From Candidatus Hydrogenedentota bacterium (GTDB lineage Bacteria; Hydrogenedentota; Hydrogenedentia; Hydrogenedentales; SLHB01), in assembly GCA_045863335.1 (NCBI GenBank), contig BTVY01000008.1:1-64000 (forward strand): a stretch of 64,000 nt of DNA, in the 5' to 3' direction. Positions 19,110 through 29,510 of this stretch are shown here, piece after piece. Below the pieces are notes generated by a model, which was given only the letters and a program-made list of their open reading frames with translations, was not told where the DNA came from and searched no databases. A program made the translations under genes and the position numbers. Numbering within the stretch: position 1 is the first letter of the stretch; every line of letters starts with the position of its first letter.

Positions 19110-19836
19110 AGACGTTTCTCCGGCGAAGAAGGCGCTCCAGTCCGATATACGTCACCACGCCCACGGCCTCGAGCGCGATGCCGAAGCTCATCTTGGAGCG
19201 CCCGTTCTCCCGCTCGCGAAACGTGATGGGGATATCCCGCATGCGGTACCCCAATTGCCACACGCGATAATTGGTCTCGATCTGAAAGCAGTAGCCGTTC
19301 GACTCGATGCCATTGAGATCGAGCGATTCAAGCACTTCGCGCCGAAAGCACTTGTATCCGCCCGTGCAATCGGTGCACGGCAGTCCAGTCAAGAGGCGGG
19401 CATAGAGCGTTCCCATCCGGCTGATGAGTAGCCGGTGGATCGGCCAGTTCATCACGCGGCCCCCTTCAAAATACCGTGAACCGATCACGACGTCGGCCTC
19501 CTGAACGGCTTCGAGCATGGGGAGCAGATACTCCGGATCGTGCGACAGGTCGGCATCCATCTGAATGAAAAACTGGGCCTCCGGCCAGGCATCCAGGGCG
19601 TACCGAAACCCCGCGACGTACGCCGCGCCAAGCCCCTCCTTACCGTTTCGGTGCAGCGCCCGGACTTGACCGGGTTTCCGTTCCGTCCACTCGTCCGCGA
19701 CAGCGCCCGTGCCGTCTGGTGAATTGTCGTCCACGATGAGCACCCCCGCGTCCGGGAGTTGCGCGGAGATGCGTTCGAGCAGAATGGGCAGATTCTCGCG
19801 CTCATTGTAGGTGGGCACGACGAGAACAACTTCCAT
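19087..19836 (-). CDS. Polyprenol monophosphomannose synthase (GT2, DPM1-like)
   Basis: PTYNERENL, VDDNSPDGT, QMDADLSH, DCTGGYKCFR, GRSKM. Confidence 0.92.
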   Translation of the reverse strand: MEVVLVVPTYNERENLPILLERISAQLPDAGVLIVDDNSPDGTGAVADEWTERKPGQVRALHRNGKEGLGAAYVAGFRYALDAWPEAQFFIQMDADLSHDPEYLLPMLEAVQEADVVIGSRYFEGGRVMNWPIHRLLISRMGTLYARLLTGLPCTDCTGGYKCFRREVLESLDLNGIESNGYCFQIETNYRVWQLGYRMRDIPITFRERENGRSKMSFGIALEAVGVVTYIGLERLLRRRNVSTKSQHS

Positions 19837-19982
19837 GGTGGATACCTTTTGATTCGGCTTGGGATGCCGCATCGATAGCGCGAACCGCCACTACCAAAGG
19901 GAACCGGTCGGAACGGTGAAGCGCACGTCCGCATATGCGCTCCACAAGTACCAAATACGCTACAGGATTAACCGAAACTGAC

Positions 19983-20732
19983 TTACGAGCCACCAAGGCT
20001 CTGCAACACCTGGTCGTGAACCAGCCCGTTGCTGCCTACGATGATCGACGGCATCGTCCGCATAACCTTATTGTACCGCAAATCCTTGCCCGTGGCGTCA
20101 GTGAGACGCCCGCCCGCCGCGGCGACGGCACAACTGGCCCACGCGTAGTCGTGTTCTCCCGTGTTCGGCCCGCAACCCAGGATGCACGCATCCAGTTCGC
20201 CGGTGGTGACTTGAAACAAGGCCAGGGCGGGATTCTTGGGCATCCCAGCAGCCGTATGCAAGTGGCTGTGCGCGCGCGATAGTGCAGCGACTTTGGGTTG
20301 TGGAGCTTCCGAGCGTGAGACCGACACCGGCCGTCCGTTGACCTCGGCGCCCTGATCCACGTTGCCGTAGAGGGTCAAGCCCATCCGTGGGAAGTGGGCC
20401 ACAGATTCGACCGCCCTGCCGTCTACACACATCGCCACGAGTATCCCAAATTCGGGCTGCTTTTCTGAGAACGCCACGGTGCCGTCGATGGGATCGACAA
20501 TCCACACCCGCCGCCAGGCCGTCCGCGACGGATTGTCCACAGATTCCTCCGAGAGAATACCGTCATCAGGGAAGCGGCCGTGGATTCGGCCCCGCAGAAA
20601 CCGGTCGATATGGAGGTCCGCGGACGTGACAATCGTGCCGTTTTCCTTATATTTTACGGAAAACCCATGGGCGAGGTACTCATCTGCGATCAGACCGGCT
20701 TCCTTTACGATCTCGATTAACCAATCCTTCAT
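19983..20732 (-). CDS. Inositol monophosphatase/CysQ family phosphatase
   Basis: VTSAD, ILSEE, WIVDPIDGT. Confidence 0.88.
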   Translation of the reverse strand: MKDWLIEIVKEAGLIADEYLAHGFSVKYKENGTIVTSADLHIDRFLRGRIHGRFPDDGILSEESVDNPSRTAWRRVWIVDPIDGTVAFSEKQPEFGILVAMCVDGRAVESVAHFPRMGLTLYGNVDQGAEVNGRPVSVSRSEAPQPKVAALSRAHSHLHTAAGMPKNPALALFQVTTGELDACILGCGPNTGEHDYAWASCAVAAAGGRLTDATGKDLRYNKVMRTMPSIIVGSNGLVHDQVLQSLGGS

Positions 20733-20888
20733 TCCTTACTCCAGATACTCATCATACGGAACAACATCGACTACGGATAGAATTGAGCGCGTCTATTCTT
20801 ACACATCGAGGCCTGGGAAACACTTGGAATGGGTCCGCGGCTTTGTGCTACTATACCGGCCTACAGGGAGTTCATCCCATGTATCAGC

Positions 20889-20964
20889 GCGCCCGTAGCT
20901 CAGTGGATAGAGCACTTGCCTCCGGAGCAAGGGGTCGGACGTTCGAATCGTCTCGGGCGCGCCA
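20889..20964 (+). tRNA. tRNA-Arg(CCG)
   Basis: 76-nt cloverleaf, anticodon arm CTTGC-CTCCGGA-GCAAG, GTTCGAAT T-loop, encoded CCA. Confidence 0.97.
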
Positions 20965-21020
20965 TTTTTTTGTCTTACCGCTTCACACGACCTCAGTTGG
21001 TGTATACTTGTGGAGTGCCG

Positions 21021-22190
21021 ATGACCGAGAAATCCTCTAGTCCCAGCGGACCGGACAGCGCGGGAGACGCGGAACGTCTCGACGCGATCGCTATGGTTGG
21101 ACGCGGGGTCGCCCACGACATCAACAACCTGATGGAATCGGTCCTTGGCAACGCCGCGTTGCTCCGAAGCCGACTCGAGGGCGATCGGGACGCAAAATCC
21201 GCCCTGGACGCCATCGAGATGTCCGCCGAACTCGCGGGCCGTCTGACCGAGCGAATCCTGGCAATCACGCAGGGGGATGAATATCGCTCGGAAATCGTGA
21301 ATGTCAATTCGATCGTGTACCACTTGCTCCTCGTCGAGGAATCCAATCTCGCCCCCCGTATCCGCATCGTGCGACACGTGGACCCCGATCTCTGGAAGGT
21401 GCGTGTTAACCATACCCAGGTCGCCCAAGTGCTCCTGAGCCTCGCGACGAACGCGGTCGAGGCCATCCAGGGCAAGGGACGCGTCACAATCCGTACGAAC
21501 AACATGTTGGTCGATCCCGACACCATTCCCGTGGGCTCGGGATTGGAGCCGGGCCCCTATGTCCTGATCACGATCGAGGACGACGGGGAAGGGATGAGTG
21601 ACGACGTACTCAGCAAGGTTTTCGAACCGGGCTTTACCACGAAGCCCGGCCACGCCGGCAAGGGGCTCGTCAATGTCTTCAGCACCATCCGGAACAACCG
21701 CGGATTCGTGACGGTCAATAGCTTCGTGAAACAAGGCACCGTTTTCCGTGTCTACCTGCCGGCCGTACCCGAGGAAGCCGAGACGCCATCCTCCACGGAA
21801 ATGCCTAAGGGCCGCGAAACAGTTCTTATCGTCGACGACGAACACATGATCGCCAACGCCATGGCGGAAACGCTGAAGCGGCTGGGCTACCGGACGCTCG
21901 TCGCCTACAATGGGAAAGAGGCCGTCGATATCGCGAAGAAGTACGAGGACGCCATCGATTTGGCGCTCCTGGATATGGCGATGCCGGAAATGACCGGAGC
22001 CGATGCCTATCCGCTGCTGAAGAAGGCCCATCCGGAAATGCGGATCATCATCTGCACTGGATTCGAGAAGGAACTCATCACGAGCGATCTGCTGAATGCA
22101 GGCGTCGACGCATTCCTGATGAAGCCGTTCCGCCTGAACATCCTCGCTCAGGAAGTGCGGAAGGTCCTCGACTTGCCCTACCCGGATTAG
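21021..22190 (+). CDS. Cytoplasmic hybrid histidine kinase/receiver (CckA-like) with no sensor domain
   Basis: VAHDINN H-box, DDGEGM, FEPGFTTK, GKGL; VDDE...LDMAMP...KPF; ATG just downstream of the tRNA. Confidence 0.9.
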   Translation: MTEKSSSPSGPDSAGDAERLDAIAMVGRGVAHDINNLMESVLGNAALLRSRLEGDRDAKSALDAIEMSAELAGRLTERILAITQGDEYRSEIVNVNSIVYHLLLVEESNLAPRIRIVRHVDPDLWKVRVNHTQVAQVLLSLATNAVEAIQGKGRVTIRTNNMLVDPDTIPVGSGLEPGPYVLITIEDDGEGMSDDVLSKVFEPGFTTKPGHAGKGLVNVFSTIRNNRGFVTVNSFVKQGTVFRVYLPAVPEEAETPSSTEMPKGRETVLIVDDEHMIANAMAETLKRLGYRTLVAYNGKEAVDIAKKYEDAIDLALLDMAMPEMTGADAYPLLKKAHPEMRIIICTGFEKELITSDLLNAGVDAFLMKPFRLNILAQEVRKVLDLPYPD

Positions 22191-23338
22191 ACCGGCTCGA
22201 CCGTTACCCAACCCCGGGAATCGTTGGATCGCAGGCACGCATCCAGCACGGCCTGCGTTCTTGCGCCATCGTGAATGTCCGGTTCCGCAGGTTTGCCAGC
22301 CACCACACTCGACACGAAATTGTGGATGCAGTGCACGTGGAAGCGTTCCCATCCGATGGTGTTTTTCGGCCCCGGCAGCGCGGCAGGTTTGGGATAGCGC
22401 GCAACGCACTCAATGGCCTTAAACCCCCGGTCGCCGCCGTAAGGCCCTTCCGGCAAGGTGCCGTCGTAGAACTCGAGATAGTTCGGTTGCATGAGGTTAA
22501 ATCGAATCGCGCCCTTGCTGCCGTGCGCTTCAAAACGCACTTCGTCCTGCACGCCCGTCGCCAGTCGCGACGATTCGAGCGTGCCAATCGCGCCATTCGC
22601 CAGCCGGAAGGTGATGATGGACACGTCGTCCACTTCCACCGGCATCTTCTTGGAAGGCTCTTCCTTCAGCGGCCGCTCCTTGATGAAGGTCTTGCCAAGA
22701 TGCAGCACCTCCGTAAAGTCGCCGACCAAGTGGCGGGTGAGGTCGATAACGTGCGCCCCCAGATCGAATAAGGCGCCGCCCCGGCCGCTCTTTTCCACAT
22801 CCAATCTCCAGGAGAACGGGCGGTTCGGGTTTACGTAGCCCGCGTGCAGGTAACATACCCGCGCGGAAAAAAGGTCGCCCAGCGCGCCGCTCTCGATGAG
22901 TTCTTTCGCGCGCAACAGGGCCGGCACGAAACGGTATTGAAAGGTCATCTGCGTGACGCACTTGGGATGCGCCAGGGCCGCTGCCGCCATTTCGCGGGCT
23001 TCGTCGAGGGTATTGCACAGGGGCTTGTCCATGTACACATGCTTGCCGTGCTCCAACGCGGCCAGCAGCACGTCGCGGTGAAGATAGTTCGGGGTGCAGC
23101 AATCGATGATGTCGATGTCGGGTCGCGCGCACAATTCGCGATAGTCGGTCGTGCCAAACTCATATCCCCATTCATCGACGGCGCGCTTCCAACTCGCTTC
23201 GCTCTGCGTTGCCACACCTGCCAGCACAACCTTCGCCGGGGCGGGATCGTAATAGAAGCCGAGCGACCGATAGGCATGCCCGTGCATCTTGCCCATGAAC
23301 CCATGCCCGACCATACCCACTCGCAACGTGCGCGTCAT
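22187..23338 (-). CDS. Gfo/Idh/MocA family oxidoreductase
   Basis: VGHGFMG, GKHVYMDKP, GGALFDLGAH. Confidence 0.92.
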   Translation of the reverse strand: MTRTLRVGMVGHGFMGKMHGHAYRSLGFYYDPAPAKVVLAGVATQSEASWKRAVDEWGYEFGTTDYRELCARPDIDIIDCCTPNYLHRDVLLAALEHGKHVYMDKPLCNTLDEAREMAAAALAHPKCVTQMTFQYRFVPALLRAKELIESGALGDLFSARVCYLHAGYVNPNRPFSWRLDVEKSGRGGALFDLGAHVIDLTRHLVGDFTEVLHLGKTFIKERPLKEEPSKKMPVEVDDVSIITFRLANGAIGTLESSRLATGVQDEVRFEAHGSKGAIRFNLMQPNYLEFYDGTLPEGPYGGDRGFKAIECVARYPKPAALPGPKNTIGWERFHVHCIHNFVSSVVAGKPAEPDIHDGARTQAVLDACLRSNDSRGWVTVEPV

Positions 23339-23358
23339 GAATTTCCTCTCATTTTTTG

Positions 23359-24369
23359 TCAGGTTCCTTTCCCAAGGAGCTTCATTCCACTCCCAAAAAA
23401 CAGAGCCTCCACGAAATCCATCCCCAACCCTAACCGCTCCACCGCATGCTTGATCGCTCGAAGTTCCTCGTACAAGAAACTCGTGAACGCCAGCTTGCCG
23501 TGATCGTCCGATATCGACAATGCCCACGGCGCGGGCGTCACGTAGGTGTATTGGTCATTGATCTCCACGGATTTCCCCGGCGCGAGCGCAATCGGCGCGT
23601 CGGAGCCGTAGAGAATGCGATCCACCGGCACGCGCTGAAACAGATGCTCCATCACTTCCCAATGGTTGACCATGGCCAGGTCAAAATAGAGATTCGGGAT
23701 GTCCCTCAGCGCGTCGAGGTTGCCCAGCACGTTCTTCAGATAGTACGCGCGTCCGATATGCGCTAACACAATCTTTGCACGTGGATAGCTCTCAGCGAGT
23801 TTGACAATCTGGCGCTGATTCAAGGGGTCCGCCAACCGCGCCTTCCGCGGGATGTGCAGCATGATGACGAGGCCCAACGCGTCCGCGATCTCCATCGCCC
23901 AATCGGGAAGCATCTCCCGGATCTCGACGTCATTCACGTTTGCCTTGCGGACATAGTCCGGGTAAGGCTTCAGTCCGCAGAATGCCCCGGACTCCAAAGC
24001 GCGCTGTAGAATCTCGGCGTTGTCCTCGTGCGGATCCAGCAAGCGAAGCGGAAAGAAGCGCTTTCGGTCGCTTTCCCGGGCGAGGTACTCATTGTTCCGC
24101 GCGCGGTCATACCCTACGATGGGCAATCCGAAGCATACGGCATACGTCTCGCGCCCCGGATAGCACTCGGCCAAATCCTGTTCGAGATCGTTGTAGTCAT
24201 AACGCGTCGTCGGATGACCGCCGCAGGAAAAGGGGTTGCTCTCGGGCACAACCCCCTCGTTGTACACGTGCACATGAAAATCGAGAATACGTTCCGGCAG
24301 AAACTCCGCAAACTCTTCCTCGAAGATCCTCCGGTTCCGCTCATGCTTCGTCGTCTCACGCCACATCAA
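23359..24369 (-). CDS. Amidohydrolase family protein (possible lactonase)
   Basis: DFHVH, MLH, LAHIG, YGSD. Confidence 0.85.
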   Translation of the reverse strand: MMWRETTKHERNRRIFEEEFAEFLPERILDFHVHVYNEGVVPESNPFSCGGHPTTRYDYNDLEQDLAECYPGRETYAVCFGLPIVGYDRARNNEYLARESDRKRFFPLRLLDPHEDNAEILQRALESGAFCGLKPYPDYVRKANVNDVEIREMLPDWAMEIADALGLVIMLHIPRKARLADPLNQRQIVKLAESYPRAKIVLAHIGRAYYLKNVLGNLDALRDIPNLYFDLAMVNHWEVMEHLFQRVPVDRILYGSDAPIALAPGKSVEINDQYTYVTPAPWALSISDDHGKLAFTSFLYEELRAIKHAVERLGLGMDFVEALFFGSGMKLLGKGT

Positions 24370-24465
24370 ACTCGATCCTCAAAATTAAGACGGGAATAAT
24401 TCCCGTCCAGTCCAAGCAGCAAGAATATGTTTCATCCCACGCCTTCAAGCCGGAGCCAACGCCGA

Positions 24466-25863
24466 TTAGTCCGCCACCTCGACCGACAACCCCGCATACC
24501 GTCCAAACGCCGCCAATGCGTCCACGTCACCATCCATCACTAACGCGCTATGGTGCGTTCCGCCCAGTTGCGAGTATCGTTCCAACCACTTCGCAATGTC
24601 GCCGTTCTTCGGCCGTATCCATGCGCGAATGACATCCCGCATGCCCGGGTGCGTGCCGTCGCCGAGCGACTCGACCGGCGCCAGAATCAATGTAAAGGTA
24701 TTCTTCGGACCCGGCGCAAGATTCACCAGCACAGCCGGCCCCGGCGCCGTCGCGCAGGTCAACACAGCAGGATTCAATGCGCCCGCCCACGGAAAGTCTT
24801 TCTCGCAGAGACGCGGCACACCGGCAGACGTCTCCGGATTCACTTCGCCCATATGCGACAGGAACAGGGTGTTTCCTTTCCAGTCGGGACAAAAGATCTC
24901 CGTGAACGTCGTTCGTCCGAACGCAGCGTTCAGCGCGCCGACCAGGGACGCGGTTAGCACGTCGCCCTCGCCGGCATAGCCCATCCCGCGCGCCATTGCC
25001 TTGGACGCTTCCAGAAAGGGGACCGTGGCGATGGGGCCTTCGCTGCTGTTGAATGCACCAAAGTTAAAGGAGAAGCTGTCGCATTGATCGATTTCCAGCA
25101 GTCTCCGCAACGCGAGTCCAACGCGAATTGACCGGCAATGCACATGCTCGGGCGCGTTGACCTCGTATCGATCGCGATCGGATTTCAACTCATGGTGAAT
25201 GTAATCTTCACCAATATCCGCGGCAATCGTCGCAAGGTCATCGACGTCCCGCTGCACGACCGTCACGCCGAGCAGCGCTTCCAACAACGAATCCGCCACC
25301 GCAAAGTCGCCCATCCCTGCAAAGGTCTCGCCGATGCGCATCGTGCGCATGGTCCGCAGCAGCCGCGCGGCACACGCGCTCCGCGCAATGGCGCTGGCGC
25401 GATCGAGCACGCGGGAATCGGAAAGGTGTCCCGCGACGATTTCGTAGTGCCGTTCGCATCGCCGCAACACCGAGGCCAAATCCTGCACCCCATGCACGCC
25501 ATGGTTCTGCATGATCCGCGCCGGGTCCACGTCCAACCCAAAGGATACGTCCATCGTTGTGTCGAGCAACAACAGAGGTCGCGGCGAGGCGATTAAGGAG
25601 TCCGCCGTCTCCAACGACGGCGAATAGGCGAGATGCAGCGTCACGATCAGATCAACATCGGCCTCGTCGAACACACCGAGTGCGGAAACGACCTCATTCT
25701 GCACGCGGCATACGTCCGCACAGTGAACCTCAACACCGCGCGTGGTGAACCCGTCTACAAGGTCCTGAATGAACGGCTCAAACTCGGAACGCAGTTCCGG
25801 CATGCGTACGTCGTAGAGCGCGAGATAGAGCGGCAGCAAACCGATGCGCGGTTTCGCAGTCAT
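24466..25863 (-). CDS. L-arabinose isomerase-like sugar isomerase
   Basis: GYAGEGD, FTE, SHMGE, GGTHH match AraA metal/catalytic residues. Confidence 0.8.
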   Translation of the reverse strand: MTAKPRIGLLPLYLALYDVRMPELRSEFEPFIQDLVDGFTTRGVEVHCADVCRVQNEVVSALGVFDEADVDLIVTLHLAYSPSLETADSLIASPRPLLLLDTTMDVSFGLDVDPARIMQNHGVHGVQDLASVLRRCERHYEIVAGHLSDSRVLDRASAIARSACAARLLRTMRTMRIGETFAGMGDFAVADSLLEALLGVTVVQRDVDDLATIAADIGEDYIHHELKSDRDRYEVNAPEHVHCRSIRVGLALRRLLEIDQCDSFSFNFGAFNSSEGPIATVPFLEASKAMARGMGYAGEGDVLTASLVGALNAAFGRTTFTEIFCPDWKGNTLFLSHMGEVNPETSAGVPRLCEKDFPWAGALNPAVLTCATAPGPAVLVNLAPGPKNTFTLILAPVESLGDGTHPGMRDVIRAWIRPKNGDIAKWLERYSQLGGTHHSALVMDGDVDALAAFGRYAGLSVEVAD

Positions 25864-27368
25864 TTGGACTCCTTGCCAATGGAAAACGCGTTGCCCGCGG
25901 GGATATTTCCATACACGCGGTCGAACGCGCGGATGTAGTCGTCGTAACAGGAATCGAACGGTGAAGCCCAGCGTTTCGCCAGCGGCTTACACGCAACTAC
26001 TTTGCCGCGTGCGGCATCCTTACGCAAACCATACAATGTGCCGCGAGCGGCGGCATAGTCTTCGTCCGCCAACCGAAAGACGGGCAGCGGGGCAAAAGCC
26101 GTGGCAATGAGCCGCTGGAAATACGAACCCTTGCTTGCGCCCCCGCAGAGCACGACGCCGTCGCAGAACTTGTGTCGAACGACCGCATCGAACACGCGCC
26201 GAAGTTCACACACCATGCCCGCAGCGACCGCGCGCACCAGGGCTTCGCGGCTCGTAGTTGCGCTCATCCCGAATACCGCCCCAGCGCCGTTCGCATCTAG
26301 GCACATCGGATTCGGCTGCCCGTGCCAGGGGATCGCGGTAAGCCCGCGAGGGGGAAGCGGTTGCTCTGAGAGAGTTTTCTCCGCACGATCGAGCGCCCGG
26401 GTCGGCGTGCCGCCGATCAACGATGCCAATGCCCAGTCCCACGCCGCGTTCCCCGACAGCAGCGGCTGTACTACGAGCCTGCCGTCTCCCGCGGGATTCG
26501 GCAGCACGAGTTGATACGGTGAACCACCGCGAAGCCGCGGAGGCAACACGAAATTACCCACCCAAGCCGTTCCGAGGGAACATTGGAGAGGCCGCTTCAA
26601 CTTGCCCAGGGAGGCGAGGAATCCCGCTTCTTGGTCGATATAGGGACCCGCCACCGGAATTCCTGCGCCAAGCCCCAATCGCTTGGCTACGGAGGAGGAG
26701 AGGGGAGACGTCTCATGCCCATTGCGCAACGGTGCAAAAAACGAGAGGGGGAGCTCCACCAGATCCAGCGGACCCTGCGCGACCGTGCCCTTCGCCGCAT
26801 CATACCCGCCGATCTGAATCGCGTGTCCCGCATCTTGCCGCCACACGCCGGTCAATTGATGCAGCACGTATTCGCCGATCCCGCAGTGGATGTTGCCCCC
26901 GTGATAAAGCTCTCCCCGCGTTTCGCGCAGCCATAGCAAACGGCCCAGTCCGGCCGGTGGCACATCGCGCAGCGCGATCTTGCGCCAATACGCGGAAGAG
27001 GTTTCTTCGGCAATCCGCGCGTTATGCTCGCGGGTGCGTCCGTCGTTCCAAAGTATCATAGGGGTGTGCGCACGTCCGGACACGCGATCCGCGATGATGC
27101 TGCTGCCGCCTTGTGCGGCAACGCCTATCCCCGCGATGCGCGTCCAGTGACGGCCCGCGTTCTCGCGTGACTCCCGTAGTGCGGAAAAGAGCAAACGCAG
27201 GACGGCTTCGGGCGACTGTTCACGCCCACCGTCCTGCGTGGTTTTGGTTTTCAGATTTCGCGACGCGCCGGTAATCAGCGCTCCCGTCGCGCGATCGAAT
27301 ACACCTACTTTCAACACGGTCGTGCCGATGTCGATCCCAAGAAACACCCCGTCGCGCGAAGATTTCAC
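25860..27368 (-). CDS. FGGY family carbohydrate kinase
   Basis: GIDIGTT, ILWNDGR, SLGT, CGGASK. Confidence 0.88.
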   Translation of the reverse strand: MKSSRDGVFLGIDIGTTVLKVGVFDRATGALITGASRNLKTKTTQDGGREQSPEAVLRLLFSALRESRENAGRHWTRIAGIGVAAQGGSSIIADRVSGRAHTPMILWNDGRTREHNARIAEETSSAYWRKIALRDVPPAGLGRLLWLRETRGELYHGGNIHCGIGEYVLHQLTGVWRQDAGHAIQIGGYDAAKGTVAQGPLDLVELPLSFFAPLRNGHETSPLSSSVAKRLGLGAGIPVAGPYIDQEAGFLASLGKLKRPLQCSLGTAWVGNFVLPPRLRGGSPYQLVLPNPAGDGRLVVQPLLSGNAAWDWALASLIGGTPTRALDRAEKTLSEQPLPPRGLTAIPWHGQPNPMCLDANGAGAVFGMSATTSREALVRAVAAGMVCELRRVFDAVVRHKFCDGVVLCGGASKGSYFQRLIATAFAPLPVFRLADEDYAAARGTLYGLRKDAARGKVVACKPLAKRWASPFDSCYDDYIRAFDRVYGNIPAGNAFSIGKESK

Positions 27369-27392
27369 ACGACCCCTTTCAGCACGACCAGA

Positions 27393-28148
27393 CTACGCGG
27401 GCAACGCGCCAAACCGTTCCTCCAATGCGATGAGTGTCCGGGCGAATACCTCATCCGGCTCGCCTTCCGCGGATACCGTGCAAAGCAATCCCTTGCCATC
27501 GTAATACGCGGCGAGCGGCGCGGTGCTTTCCTCGTATGCTTTCAACCGTACGCGGATGGATTCCGCGGTGTCGTCGTCACGCTGGAACAGCTCGCCCCCG
27601 CACTTGTCGCACACGCCCTCGACCTTCGGCGGCTTCGTCTCCACGTGGAACGTGGTCTTGCACGAGCGGCAAGTCCTGCGGCCGCTCAAGCGCTGGATCA
27701 CCGTTTCCACAGGCAGGTCATAATTGAGCACAACATCCAACCCGAGGTCGTGGTCTGCCAACATCTCGTCCAAAGCTTCTGCCTGGGAAACCGTCCGCGG
27801 AAAGCCGTCAAGCATGAAACCGTAACTGCACGTCACGCAGTGTACCCGCTCGCGAACCATGTCGATGACGGTCTCGTCGGACACGAGTTTCCCGGCTTTC
27901 ATGGCCTCCATGGCCTCGCGCATGACGGTCGTGAGCGCTTCGGAACTCGCGCACTTCGCCGCGCGAAACACATCGCCCGTGGATAACTGGCAGGGCCGTA
28001 ACCGGTCCGTCAGCAATTCCGCCTGCGTGCCTTTGCCCGCGCCAGGCGCGCCCAGCAATATGATTCGAAACGGCCGGGGGGGATGCGGGTCGGTGCGCCC
28101 ACAGTGATTCGGATCCCCATCCAGCCAGCCTTGTCGTACATCATCCAT
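27393..28148 (-). CDS. adk: Adenylate kinase with zinc-lid domain and N-terminal extension
   Basis: GAPGAGKGTQ, STGD, LDGFPRT, CRSC...CDKC, QRDDD. Confidence 0.93.
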   Translation of the reverse strand: MDDVRQGWLDGDPNHCGRTDPHPPRPFRIILLGAPGAGKGTQAELLTDRLRPCQLSTGDVFRAAKCASSEALTTVMREAMEAMKAGKLVSDETVIDMVRERVHCVTCSYGFMLDGFPRTVSQAEALDEMLADHDLGLDVVLNYDLPVETVIQRLSGRRTCRSCKTTFHVETKPPKVEGVCDKCGGELFQRDDDTAESIRVRLKAYEESTAPLAAYYDGKGLLCTVSAEGEPDEVFARTLIALEERFGALPA

Positions 28149-28331
28149 GTTTCACATTACCCCCTGTTGTCTCGGACTCCCCCTGGCGGCCCGGGCCCGA
28201 TCTACCGGCGACCCGTGCGAGTCCATCATGCAAAAGCATACCATCTGGAGGTCCGGAATCGCCACTCATGTACAAGATCGAGTCCTGTACGATACACTGC
28301 GCTTACGCGATACCGCGCAGGAGATAGCGCC

Positions 28332-29510
28332 GTGCGAGTTCGTACCATTCCTTTCACGCCAGCCTTCGTTATGGCCATTCTCTTCGGTTTCCCGACGTCG
28401 GGGTGCGGACAGGCACTATCCGTTCCAACTCCCCGTACAACGTCTTCGCTTCAATGGTACGACCCGTTCGGCGGAGCCATCGAAGGGAAAGGTTGGATTG
28501 AGACAGCAAAGCCAACGGATCGTCTTCCCGCGCGGGCCGAAACCACGGTGAGAACACCCGTATGGGAATTGTCGCGTTGCAGCAGCGGTATGTTCGTTCG
28601 CTTCGATTCGGACGCCCGCGAGATCACGGCAAGATGGACCCTGGACCAGCCCATGCGAAGCATCGAACACATGCCCGCCACCGGCATTGCCGGGCTCGAC
28701 TTGTACGCTCGCGATAATGGAACCTGGCGCTGGGTTGGGCTCGCACGCCCCAAGAACGAACTCCAAAACGAGGAGCGAATCCTCGTCGGAATTCCGTCGG
28801 GGATGCATGAATATCTCATGTACCTGCCGCTTTACAGCGGCGTGGAATCGATCCAAATCGGCGTGAACGAAGACGCCTCCATCACGCCGGGCGCGGCGTC
28901 GAACGGATTCGGCACCGGCAAACCGCTGGTCTTCTACGGTACCTCCATTACTCAAGGGGCAAGCGCCTCCCGGCCGGGAATGGCTTACCCGGCAATCCTG
29001 GGACGCCGGTTAAACCGAACCGCTATTAATCTCGGTTTTGCGAGCAACGGCACGATGGATTTGGAGCTGGCCGAACTGATGGGCGAGGTCGACGCGGCGG
29101 CCTACGTGATAGACTGCGTTCCCAACATGACTGTGGAAATGGTCAGGACTCGAAGTGTCCCGTTCGTAGCGCTCCTGCGTGAACGGCGGCCGGAGGTCCC
29201 GATCGTGATCGTTGAATGCATCGACCAGCAAAATGCCTGGTTCCTTCCTGGAATCGCCGAGGGAATCGTCTTACGGAACGAGGCGTTGCGGTCAGCATTC
29301 GAGACGATGGAGGACCGTGGCTTCAATCGACTTGTCTACGTGGAGGGATCCCGGCTCCTGGGAAACGCCACCGATACCGCCGTCGACGGAATTCACCCAA
29401 GCGACCTCGGCAATACTCACATTGCCGACGCCCTGGAACCGGTTTTGGTTCACGCGCTGACTGAATTGAAAGCGAATGATTCCAATGTCGAAGAGGAGTT
29501 CGCGCCATGA
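28332..29510 (+). CDS. SGNH/GDSL hydrolase with GxDLY N-terminal domain
   Basis: GLDLY, YGTSITQG, NLGF, DGIHP; GTG start after AGGAG. Confidence 0.88.
   Translation: MRVRTIPFTPAFVMAILFGFPTSGCGQALSVPTPRTTSSLQWYDPFGGAIEGKGWIETAKPTDRLPARAETTVRTPVWELSRCSSGMFVRFDSDAREITARWTLDQPMRSIEHMPATGIAGLDLYARDNGTWRWVGLARPKNELQNEERILVGIPSGMHEYLMYLPLYSGVESIQIGVNEDASITPGAASNGFGTGKPLVFYGTSITQGASASRPGMAYPAILGRRLNRTAINLGFASNGTMDLELAELMGEVDAAAYVIDCVPNMTVEMVRTRSVPFVALLRERRPEVPIVIVECIDQQNAWFLPGIAEGIVLRNEALRSAFETMEDRGFNRLVYVEGSRLLGNATDTAVDGIHPSDLGNTHIADALEPVLVHALTELKANDSNVEEEFAP

Noticed and set aside
20829-21020. N-terminal extension of the kinase ORF
   Set aside because: Overlaps tRNA-Arg; the real start is more likely the ATG at 21021
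20799-22409. 536-aa minus-strand ORF
   Set aside because: Antisense shadow of the hybrid kinase that also runs through tRNA-Arg
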